Positions 21,784-29,505 of a DNA stretch of 64,000 nt are shown in pieces. The notes beneath the pieces were generated by a model. It had not been told where the DNA came from and searched no databases. It worked only from the letters and a program-made list of their open reading frames with translations. The stretch comes from Bacteroidales bacterium (lineage in GTDB: Bacteria; Bacteroidota; Bacteroidia; Bacteroidales; P3), in the NCBI GenBank assembly GCA_017551765.1, contig JAFZKV010000019.1, positions 14,353 to 78,352 of the forward strand, in the 5' to 3' direction. Position numbers and translations under genes: made by a program. How positions within the stretch are numbered: position 1 is the stretch's first letter; each line of letters starts with the position of its first letter.

Positions 21784-23136
21784 TTATTCTGCGAAATATT
21801 TATAGAACAGGGGGATGGTCTCGATGCCTTTGAAGAACTGTTGCAGGGGGTAGTTCTCGTTGGGGGCGTGGATGTCGTCGCTGGCGAGGCCGAAGCCCAT
21901 CAGGATGCTCTTAAGGCCGAGAATTTTCTCAAAGCCAGCCACGATGGGGATGCTGCCGCCGCTACGGGTGGGGATGGGGCGCTTGCCGAAGGTGTCGGTC
22001 ATGGCCTTCTCGGCGGCCTTGTAGGCTTTGAGCTCCAGCGGGCTGACATAGGCGGCACCGCCGTGGCAGGGAGTCACTTTGACGGTGACATAGTCGGGTG
22101 CCACACTCTCGAAGTATTCCTGGAACAGTTTGCTGATTTTCTCGAAGTCCTGGTTGGCGACCAGACGAGTGCTGATTTTGGCGTAGGCTTTGCTGGGCAG
22201 CACGGTCTTGGTGCCCTCGCCGGTGTGGCCACCCCAGATGCCGCATACATCAAGGCAGGGACGTATGCCCGTGCGCTCTTTGGTGCTGTAGCCCTTCTCG
22301 CCCTTCAGTGCACGTACGCCGAGGTCTTTTTTGTACTGCTCTTCGTCGAAGGGGGCCTGTGCCATGAGGGCGCGCTCCTCGTCGCTGAGCACCAGCACGT
22401 CGTCGTAGAAGCCGGGGATGGTGATGTGACCGTCGGCATCGTGCAGGTCGGCAATCATCTTGCAGAGCACGTTGATGGGGTTGGCTACGGCGCCGCCGAA
22501 GATGCCGCTGTGCAGGTCATGGTTGGCACCGGTCACCTCCACCTCCCAGTAGCAAAGGCCGCGCAGGCCGCTGGTGATGCTGGGCACGTCAGGGGCAATC
22601 ATGGAGGTGTCGGAAACCAGGATGATGTCGGCTTTCAGCAGCTCCTTGTTCTTCTCGCAGAAGCCGTAGAGGCTGCCGCTGCCAATCTCCTCCTCGCCTT
22701 CGAGCATAAACTTGACGTTGCAGGGCAGGTTGCCGGTCTTCACCATGTATTCAAAAGCTTTGGCGTGCATGAAGCTCTGGCCCTTGTCGTCGTCGGCGCC
22801 GCGTGCCCAGATGTATCCGTCCTTGACCACGGGCTCGAAGGGCTGAGTGCGCCACAGTTCCAGCGGAGCCACGGGCATCACGTCGTAGTGGCCATAAACA
22901 AGTACGGTAGGCTTCTTGGGGTCGATGGTTTTCTCACCATAGACGACAGGATTGCCGTCGGTGGGCATCACCTCGGCGCGGTCGGCACCTGCTGCCAGCA
23001 GCAGCTCTTTCCAACGCTCGGCGCAGCGCACCATGTCGGGCTTATGCTCCTGCTCGGAGCTGATGGAGGGAATACGGATTAACGAAAAAAGCTCCTCTAA
23101 GAAGCGGTCCTTGTTTTGTTCGATATACTGTTTCAT
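21784..23136 (-). CDS. M20 family dipeptidase
   Basis: 450 aa. YGHYDVMP, ARGADDDKGQ and EGEEEIGS metal-binding motifs. Confidence 0.85.
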   Translation of the reverse strand: MKQYIEQNKDRFLEELFSLIRIPSISSEQEHKPDMVRCAERWKELLLAAGADRAEVMPTDGNPVVYGEKTIDPKKPTVLVYGHYDVMPVAPLELWRTQPFEPVVKDGYIWARGADDDKGQSFMHAKAFEYMVKTGNLPCNVKFMLEGEEEIGSGSLYGFCEKNKELLKADIILVSDTSMIAPDVPSITSGLRGLCYWEVEVTGANHDLHSGIFGGAVANPINVLCKMIADLHDADGHITIPGFYDDVLVLSDEERALMAQAPFDEEQYKKDLGVRALKGEKGYSTKERTGIRPCLDVCGIWGGHTGEGTKTVLPSKAYAKISTRLVANQDFEKISKLFQEYFESVAPDYVTVKVTPCHGGAAYVSPLELKAYKAAEKAMTDTFGKRPIPTRSGGSIPIVAGFEKILGLKSILMGFGLASDDIHAPNENYPLQQFFKGIETIPLFYKYFAE

Positions 23137-23167
23137 AATAAGAATATATTTGTTTCAAATTAAAATG

Positions 23168-23198
23168 CAAAGATACGACTTTTTCGGGAATTGGCAAA
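23168..23198 (-). promoter_or_regulatory. promoter (TTTG / TAtcTTTG on minus strand) for the dipeptidase gene
   Basis: Plus-strand caaagata at 23168-23175 and caaa at 23195-23198, spacing 19 nt. About 30-nt leader. Confidence 0.5.
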
Positions 23199-23235
23199 AT
23201 AAAAAAAGAGGACACCGTAAAAGCGTCCTCTTTTT
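23199..23235. terminator. bidirectional hairpin terminator (end of mmd operon)
   Basis: agaggac-loop-gtcctct stem flanked by an A-run and a T-run. Confidence 0.8.
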
Positions 23236-23253
23236 GATGTGCAACCAACCCGT

Positions 23254-24423
23254 TTAGTGCAGGAAGGCGAGCAGGATACCGGCAGCCACTGCCGAGCCGA
23301 CCACGCCGGCCACGTTGGGGCCCATAGCGTGTTGCAGTAGGTAGTTGGTCTTGTCGTACTCGAGGCCCACGTTGTTCGACACACGGGCAGCGTCGGGCAC
23401 GGCGCTGACGCCGCTGTTGCCAATGAGGGGGTTGATTTTGTTGCCCTCTTTGAGGAAGAGGTTCATAATCTTGACGAAGAGCACACCGCAGAAGGTGGCC
23501 ACGATGAAGGAGCCGGCGCCGAGGCCGAAAATCATCACCGACTTGCCGGTGAGGAAGACCGAGGCCTGGGTGGAGGCACCCACGGTGATGCCGATGAGCA
23601 GGGTGCAGATGTTGACCACGGCATTGGAGGCCACTTCGCTGAGGCGCTTGGTGACACCGCACTCTTTCAGCAGGTTGCCGAAGAAGAGCATACCCAGCAG
23701 GGGCAGACCGCTCGGCACGATGAAGGCGCAGAAGAGGAGGCCGATGATGGGGAAGGTGATCTTCTCAAGTTTGGAGACCTGGCGCGGCGGCTTCATGCGG
23801 ATGGTGCGCTCTTTGGGCGTGGTCATCAGTCGCATGATGGGCGGCTGGATGACGGGCACGAGGGCCATGTAGGAGTAGGCCGACACAGCGATGGCACCCA
23901 TCAGGTCAGGTGCTAACTGAGAGGAAATGAAGATGGCCGTGGGACCGTCGGCACCGCCGATGATGCCGATGGCACCAGCCTCATTGGGCATGAAGCCCAG
24001 CTGCAGGGCACCCATGTAGGCGGCGAAGATGCCAACCTGGGCAGCGGCGCCGATGAGCATCAGCTTGGGGTTGGAGAGCAGGGCCGAAAAGTCGGTCATG
24101 GCTCCTATCCCGAGGAATATCAAGGGTGGGTACCAGCCGTTCTGCACGCCGTGGTAGAGGATGTTGAGCACCGATCCGTGCTCATAGATGCCTATCTTCA
24201 GACCCGGGTAGAAGGGGATGTTGCCGATGAGCATACCGAATCCGATAGGCACGAGCAGCAACGGTTCAAACTCGAACTTGATGCCAAGAAAGATGAACAC
24301 CAAGCCTATAAAAATCATGGCTATGTGGCCCCATGTCACGTTGGCGAAGCCGGTGTATTCGAGGAATTGCACCAGCTGGGTCGACATGAATTCCATGAAG
24401 CCGCCTGTTGCTAAACTAATCAT
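23254..24423 (-). CDS. mmdB: sodium ion-translocating decarboxylase subunit beta (methylmalonyl-CoA/oxaloacetate decarboxylase)
   Basis: 389 aa polytopic membrane protein with the OadB/MmdB-like layout. Last gene of the mce-mmdA operon. Confidence 0.9.
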   Translation of the reverse strand: MISLATGGFMEFMSTQLVQFLEYTGFANVTWGHIAMIFIGLVFIFLGIKFEFEPLLLVPIGFGMLIGNIPFYPGLKIGIYEHGSVLNILYHGVQNGWYPPLIFLGIGAMTDFSALLSNPKLMLIGAAAQVGIFAAYMGALQLGFMPNEAGAIGIIGGADGPTAIFISSQLAPDLMGAIAVSAYSYMALVPVIQPPIMRLMTTPKERTIRMKPPRQVSKLEKITFPIIGLLFCAFIVPSGLPLLGMLFFGNLLKECGVTKRLSEVASNAVVNICTLLIGITVGASTQASVFLTGKSVMIFGLGAGSFIVATFCGVLFVKIMNLFLKEGNKINPLIGNSGVSAVPDAARVSNNVGLEYDKTNYLLQHAMGPNVAGVVGSAVAAGILLAFLH

Positions 24424-24430
24424 TGTTCTC

Positions 24431-24511
24431 TAAGGTTTAAGGTTTATGGTTTAAGGTTTAAGGGGTTCTTAGCTGCGTCAGCTTTAAACGTTAAACTTTA
24501 AACATTAAACG
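24431..24511. repeat. long imperfect intercistronic hairpin (GGTTTAA word family)
   Basis: Arms are 24431-24463 and 24482-24511. The loop contains gcgtcagc. Confidence 0.7.
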
Positions 24512-24515
24512 AACA

Positions 24516-24941
24516 TTATCCGATTACAACCAATACATCGCCCTCGAGGACGCTGTCGCCCTTGCGGACTTTAACTTCCTTTACGGTGCCGGCGGTGTCG
24601 GCCTCGATGTTGTTCTCCATCTTCATGGCTTCAAGGAGCACGACGGTCTGGCCGGCCTTGACGGTGTCGCCCACATTGACGAACACGTCGAGGATGGTGC
24701 CGGGCAGGGGAGTGGTCACCTTGGCGCCTGCTGCTGCGGTGGCGGCGGCCTTCGGTGCGGCGGCGGGGGCGGCCTGCGGGCGCGGGCTGCTCACGACGGT
24801 CTTCTTCTGCTGTTTGATTTCCTGATCCACAGTGACGACATAGGGGGTGCCGTTCACGCTGAGTTTTACATCCTGGCCTTCTACCTCGTTGATGTCAACG
24901 GTGTAGTCGTTGCCGTTTATCTTGAGCTTATAGTTTTTCAT
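24516..24941 (-). CDS. biotin carboxyl carrier subunit (biotin/lipoyl attachment domain)
   Basis: C-terminal EAMKMEN biotinyl-lysine motif and an Ala/Pro linker. Confidence 0.88.
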   Translation of the reverse strand: MKNYKLKINGNDYTVDINEVEGQDVKLSVNGTPYVVTVDQEIKQQKKTVVSSPRPQAAPAAAPKAAATAAAGAKVTTPLPGTILDVFVNVGDTVKAGQTVVLLEAMKMENNIEADTAGTVKEVKVRKGDSVLEGDVLVVIG

Positions 24942-24944
24942 GGC

Positions 24945-25898
24945 TTATCTTCTGTTGTTAAAATAATGATTCATATTGTAGTACTTGGCGTTCCAGGGGG
25001 TCCACTCGCGCTCCACCTTCTGGATGGTGATGACGGTGTTCTCCTCGTCGTGCAGTTCGTCGTTGTACAGGTGGATGGCGGCGGCAATGGCGGCATAGAC
25101 CTCCATGTTCTGTGTGCTGCTGCCTTCCGACACGGGCTTGATGGCCTTGTCCTTCTTGCTGCCCTTGTTCTTGCGCTTCTCCTCGGTACTCATAATCAGC
25201 TTGCCTGAGCCACTGATGAGGAGGAAGATGCAGACGAGTGCCAAGAATACCACCGCCACAGCAACGGCGGCAAGGCCGATGCCGATGGGGTCACTCTGTT
25301 TGATTTTCTCAGCCTGCTTGGCCACGCGGTAGTGGTGGGTCATCATCTCGCCCTCGGCGAAAGCTTTTACAGGGCAGCCTTCGAGGGAAAGGATGTTGAT
25401 GTCGTAGCCGTAGGGATTTCGTCCTACAATGAACATTTTGCCGGGGGCAATGTGCATGGCGTACATGGGGCTGGAGAAGGAGCGGCGGGCCAACTCGTTC
25501 ATGCCGTTGTCGAGGATGGCAATATAGGCCGTGTCGTTCACTGCCGAAGCCAGCACAATGATGTAATCGCCCATAGCGCTGACGCTCACGGGGCGCAGGA
25601 TGTTCTTCAGGTCGTGGCGCTTGCGCGTGTTGTCGGTCTTGAAGCAGCCAACGGTGTCGAGCTTGTTGCCGTCGACCAGGGCCACCAAGTGCACACAACA
25701 TTCCACGCTGTCCACCGCCACAAACGCACCCAATTGGGGCACGTAGCAGGTCTTCACGCTTGCGAAGTCGACCGTCGGCGCCATCTGGGGCATCGGGCAG
25801 CCCTCGGGACGGGGCTCTGCCGGCTGCTCCTGCGCCACGGCCGTCAGCATCGTGACGCTGAGCAGGCCTGCCAATAGCATTTTATTAATGGTCTTCAT
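24945..25898 (-). CDS. OadG-like decarboxylase small subunit fused to an N-terminal secreted domain
   Basis: Signal peptide and one TM helix. C-terminal EVYAAIAAAIHLY...ITIQKV segment typical of OadG/MmdD-like subunits. Confidence 0.6.
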   Translation of the reverse strand: MKTINKMLLAGLLSVTMLTAVAQEQPAEPRPEGCPMPQMAPTVDFASVKTCYVPQLGAFVAVDSVECCVHLVALVDGNKLDTVGCFKTDNTRKRHDLKNILRPVSVSAMGDYIIVLASAVNDTAYIAILDNGMNELARRSFSSPMYAMHIAPGKMFIVGRNPYGYDINILSLEGCPVKAFAEGEMMTHHYRVAKQAEKIKQSDPIGIGLAAVAVAVVFLALVCIFLLISGSGKLIMSTEEKRKNKGSKKDKAIKPVSEGSSTQNMEVYAAIAAAIHLYNDELHDEENTVITIQKVEREWTPWNAKYYNMNHYFNNRR

Positions 25899-25934
25899 TC
25901 TTCTTTAGTTAATTGTAACATCAAAACATGGTTA

Positions 25935-26024
25935 GCTTTAAGTTTTAAGCTTTAAGTTTTAAGTTGCTTGCGCAGGCGGCGTCAGCCCACTTAAAACTTA
26001 AAACTTAAAACTCACAGCTTAAAC
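25935..26024. repeat. long intercistronic hairpin (AAGTTTTAAG word family)
   Basis: Arms are 25935-25964 and 25989-26024. The loop again contains gcgtcagc. Confidence 0.7.
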
Positions 26025-26025
26025 T

Positions 26026-26412
26026 TTACTGAGCCTTCTCGCACTTTTTCTCGCAGGGCTTGTCGCATTTCTTCTCGCAAGCCTTCTCACATTTCTTTTC
26101 GCAGGCTTTCTCACCAGCTTTGTCGCACTTGTGCTCGCAAGCTTTCTCGCAGGCCTGGCCTTCAACAGCGGCTTTGGCTTTGCAGCAGTTCTCGGTGCCG
26201 TGGTTGGGGCAAGCCTCGCAGTTGGCGGCTTTGCACTCCTCGCTGCACATGCACTGGTCGGCGCAGCAGGTGGAATCCATAGCGCAGTGGTGCTCACATG
26301 CCTCAACGGCGGCGCACTCTTCGGTGACGGGCTCTTCAGCTTTCTTGTTGTTGCAGGCAACCAGGGCGAATACGGCCACGGCAGCCATAGCGGTAAACAG
26401 AACTTTCTTCAT
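26026..26412 (-). CDS. cysteine-rich lipoprotein (22 Cys in 128 aa, CEKxC repeats)
   Basis: Lipobox ALVAC. The mature part has 21 Cys, and 9 of them lie at i+4 spacing between residues 88 and 124 (CEKACEHKCDKAGEKACEKKCEKACEKKCDKPCEKKCEKA). Confidence 0.6.
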   Translation of the reverse strand: MKKVLFTAMAAVAVFALVACNNKKAEEPVTEECAAVEACEHHCAMDSTCCADQCMCSEECKAANCEACPNHGTENCCKAKAAVEGQACEKACEHKCDKAGEKACEKKCEKACEKKCDKPCEKKCEKAQ

Positions 26413-26460
26413 TGTTTTGATGTTTTTGATTGGTTAATAATTATTGATTGAATGAATTGT

Positions 26461-28020
26461 TTACAGAGGCAAGTTGCAGTGCTTCTTCATCGGCAGGGTG
26501 TCCTTCTTGGTTTGCAGGGCCTGCAGGGCGCGGATGACGCGGAAGCGCGTGTTGCGCGGCTCGATGACATCGTCGATGTAGCCATACTTGGCGGCGTTGT
26601 AGGGGTTGGCGAACAGGTCGTTGTACTCCTTCTCCTTCTCGGCGATAAACTTGGCCTTCTCCTCGGGGTCGGTGATTTCCTTCAGGGCGCGGCCGTGCAG
26701 CACCTCGGTGGCGCCGCTGGCACCCATGACGGCAATCTGGGCCGTGGGCCAGGCGTAGTTGATGTCCGAACGCAGCTGCTTGCAGCTCATCACGATGTGG
26801 GCGCCGCCGTAGCTCTTGCGCAGGGTGACGGTCACCTTGGGCACCGTGGCCTCGCCGTAGGCGTAGAGCATCTTGGCGCCGTGGTTGATCACACCGTTGT
26901 ACTCCTGGCCGGTGCCGGGCAGGAAGCCGGGCACGTCGACCAGCGTCACCAGCGGAATGTTGAAGGCGTCGCAGAAGCGCACGAAACGGGCGCCCTTGCG
27001 CGAAGCGTTGCAGTCGAGCACGCCGGCCATAGCCTTGGGCTGGTTGGCCACCACGCCCACGCTGACGCCGCCCATGCGGGCGAAGCCGACCACGAGGTTC
27101 TTGGCAAAGTTCTCGTGCACCTCGAGGAAGCGGCCCTCGTCCACGATGGCGTGGATGACGTCCTTCACGTCGTAGGCCTCGTTGGGGTTCTCGGGGATGA
27201 TGGTGTTGAGGCTGTCCTCCAGACGGTCGATGGGGTCTTCGGTAGCCACGAAGGGGGCCTCCTCGAAGTTGTTGCTGGGGATATAGCCCACCAGCTCGCG
27301 GATGGTCTCAATGGTGCTCTCCTCGGTCTCACCCACGAAGTGGGCCACACCGCTCTTGGTGGCGTGCACCATGGCGCCGCCGAGCTTGTCGACGGTCACA
27401 TCCTCGCCCGTGACGGTCTTCACCACCTTCGGGCCGGTGAGGAACATATAGCTGTTCTCCTTGCTCATGAAAATGAAGTCGGTCAGCGCGGGGCTGTAGA
27501 CCGAACCGCCGGCGCAGGGGCCGAAGATGGCGCTGATCTGCGGCACCACACCGCTGGCCAGGATATTGCGCTCGAAAATCTCGGCATAGCCGGCCAGGGC
27601 GTTGATGCCCTCCTGGATGCGGGCGCCGCCCGAGTCGTTCAAGCCGATGACGGGAGCGCCGACCTTCATGGCCTGGTCCATCACCTTGCAGATCTTCAGG
27701 GCCATCGTCTCGCTCAGCGAGCCGCCCAGCACGGTGAAGTCCTGTGCGAAGACGTACACCTGGCGGCCGTTGATGGTGCCGTAGCCGGTCACCACGCCGT
27801 CGCCCAGATAGCTCTTCTTCTGCATGTCGAAGTTGGTGCAGCGATGGGTGACGAACATGTCGAATTCCTCAAACGAACCCTCGTCGAGCAGCAGCGCAAT
27901 GCGCTCGCGGGCCGTCAGTTTGCCTGACTCGTGCTGCTTGTCAATGCCTTTCTGGCCTCCGCCCATGCGGGCCTCGTCGCGCTTGTCGAGCAGCTCTTTT
28001 ATCTTTTGTTCAAAAGCCAT
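26461..28020 (-). CDS. mmdA: methylmalonyl-CoA decarboxylase alpha subunit / acyl-CoA carboxyltransferase
   Basis: 519 aa with strong carboxyltransferase-family character ([21 protein letters not shown]). Confidence 0.92.
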   Translation of the reverse strand: MAFEQKIKELLDKRDEARMGGGQKGIDKQHESGKLTARERIALLLDEGSFEEFDMFVTHRCTNFDMQKKSYLGDGVVTGYGTINGRQVYVFAQDFTVLGGSLSETMALKICKVMDQAMKVGAPVIGLNDSGGARIQEGINALAGYAEIFERNILASGVVPQISAIFGPCAGGSVYSPALTDFIFMSKENSYMFLTGPKVVKTVTGEDVTVDKLGGAMVHATKSGVAHFVGETEESTIETIRELVGYIPSNNFEEAPFVATEDPIDRLEDSLNTIIPENPNEAYDVKDVIHAIVDEGRFLEVHENFAKNLVVGFARMGGVSVGVVANQPKAMAGVLDCNASRKGARFVRFCDAFNIPLVTLVDVPGFLPGTGQEYNGVINHGAKMLYAYGEATVPKVTVTLRKSYGGAHIVMSCKQLRSDINYAWPTAQIAVMGASGATEVLHGRALKEITDPEEKAKFIAEKEKEYNDLFANPYNAAKYGYIDDVIEPRNTRFRVIRALQALQTKKDTLPMKKHCNLPL

Positions 28021-28136
28021 TTTATGATTGTTTTATTGTTTAATTGCTTGATTGTTTGATTGCGTTTCTCCCGCTTCGCGAAATCTTGTAAATCTTTTTT
28101 GATCTATTTCCAGGATTACCGCCGCAGGCGGGGAGG

Positions 28137-28544
28137 CTACTTGCAGCAAAATTCAGTAAGCACGCCGAGGGTCGACTTGGGGTGCAGGAAGCCGATGTGG
28201 AGGCCTTCGGCGCCGCCGCGGCTCTGCTGGTCGATCAGGCGCACGCCCTTCTCCTTGGCCTCGTTGAGGGCCTGGTCGGTGTTCTCCATCGCAAAGGCAA
28301 TGTGGTGCATGCCGCCCTTGCCGCCGTTCTTCTCGATGAAGGCTGCAATGGTGCTCTCGGGGCAGGTGGGCTCCAGAAGTTCAATTTTCACGTCGCCGCA
28401 GCGGAAGAAGGCGGTCTTGACCTTCTGGTCGGTCACTTCCTCGATGGCGTAGCATTTCAGCCCCATCACGTCTTCCCAATAGCGGATGGCCTCGTCGAGG
28501 TTCGTCACGGCGATGCCGATGTGTTCAATGTGTGAAGGTGTCAT
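28137..28544 (-). CDS. mce: methylmalonyl-CoA epimerase (VOC family)
   Basis: 135 aa. IEHIGIAV start, GGMHHIAF and glyoxalase-fold layout. Confidence 0.9.
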   Translation of the reverse strand: MTPSHIEHIGIAVTNLDEAIRYWEDVMGLKCYAIEEVTDQKVKTAFFRCGDVKIELLEPTCPESTIAAFIEKNGGKGGMHHIAFAMENTDQALNEAKEKGVRLIDQQSRGGAEGLHIGFLHPKSTLGVLTEFCCK

Positions 28545-28682
28545 GTTTTTATATGTTTTATTAATTGCTACCGTTTTCTGTTCCAGCGTAATATATATTT
28601 GTACGCTGGTATTTTAAAATGCAAATGTACGAATTATTTTGCAAACGTGCCGAAAATATTATCAACAACCCCTCAAAAAATT

Positions 28683-29086
28683 AGGTCGTGCACGATGTAA
28701 ATGGTGGTCGGTAGCCGGTAATCGGTGGTCGGTTTTCGGCCCCGATGCCTACCTATTGACTTCGCTCTAACACCGCCCTAACGCCCACTGTTGTCCCATT
28801 GTTGTCCGCTTGTTGTCCGTTTGTTGTTCGATTGTATAACGGACAACAAACGGACAACAAGCGGACAACAAACGGACATCAGTCGGAGTCATATCGGAGT
28901 TATCTGTGCCTTATACGGCACTTACAACCAACCCATTGTGCGCCAACCACCGCCTTTCCGGTTCGGATATCAGCGCCGTTATAGGTTGCACCGGCGAGGT
29001 TTTCATAGTCGTCTTCGGTTTCGCCCCCGATCACCGGCCCCCGACCACCGGTTACCGACCACCCAAAAATACATCGTGCACGACAT
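28683..29086. mobile_element. MITE-like non-coding element with about 50-bp imperfect terminal inverted repeats
   Basis: The left end aggtcgtgcacgatgtaaatggtggtcggtagccggtaatcggtggtcgg matches the reverse complement of the right end 29027-29086. No ORF inside. It contains copy 2 of the 145-bp hairpin element. Confidence 0.4.
28768..28920. repeat. about 145-bp dispersed element with internal TTGTCCGTTTG hairpin (copy 2, inverted relative to 6368-6509)
   Basis: See 6368-6509. Confidence 0.75.
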
Positions 29087-29315
29087 AAATCCTGTTTTTT
29101 AACACACTCCTCCACCACATGACACACGCCCCCGTCCGAGCTACGCTCGTCCACCCCCTCTAACTTATAGGGGGAGCCAGATAGTACTACCTCTCCCAGC
29201 TGCTCCCCTAAGTTAGGGGAGCTGTCACGTAGTGACTGAGGAGTGTGTCCTGTGACTGAGGAGTGTGTCCTGGCCTCCCCGCTGCGCGGTAATCCAACAA
29301 TCCCAAAAAAAAATT

Positions 29316-29377
29316 ACAGGATTTATGGATTACGCCGCAGGCGGGAGATATAAAACAGGCGGGAGAACAAAAACGGA
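29316..29377. repeat. 62-bp direct repeat upstream of the T9SS cargo gene
   Basis: Identical to 31599-31659 except for one A in an A-run. A second exact 28-mer (29406-29433) recurs at 31561-31588. Confidence 0.9.
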
Positions 29378-29457
29378 TTACGCCGCAGACGGGAGAAAAG
29401 AAAAAGATTTACAGGATTTCCGCGCAGCGGGGATAAAAATGCGGAGATAAAAAAATA

Positions 29458-29489
29458 TTTGCGTATGTCGGATAATCTTCGTAGTTTTG
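29458..29489 (+). promoter_or_regulatory. promoter (TTTG / TAgtTTTG) for the T9SS cargo gene
   Basis: tttg 29458-29461 and tagttttg 29482-29489. 16 nt before ATG 29506. Confidence 0.5.
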
Positions 29490-29505
29490 CAAAAAATTTA
29501 TTGCC

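Noticed and set aside
26019-26437. Alternative frames over the Cys-rich gene (26019-26360 minus, 26060-26437 plus, 26131-26451 plus).
   Set aside because: Only the 26026-26412 frame has a signal peptide with a lipobox and a start codon behind a G-poor leader. The others are repeat-driven open frames.
28594-28601. A plus-strand TAtaTTTG box at 28594-28601 was considered as a promoter.
   Set aside because: It is part of the palindrome ccagcgta...tacgctgg in the mce 5' region, and no plus-strand gene follows for 900 nt. It is more likely a leader hairpin of the minus-strand operon.
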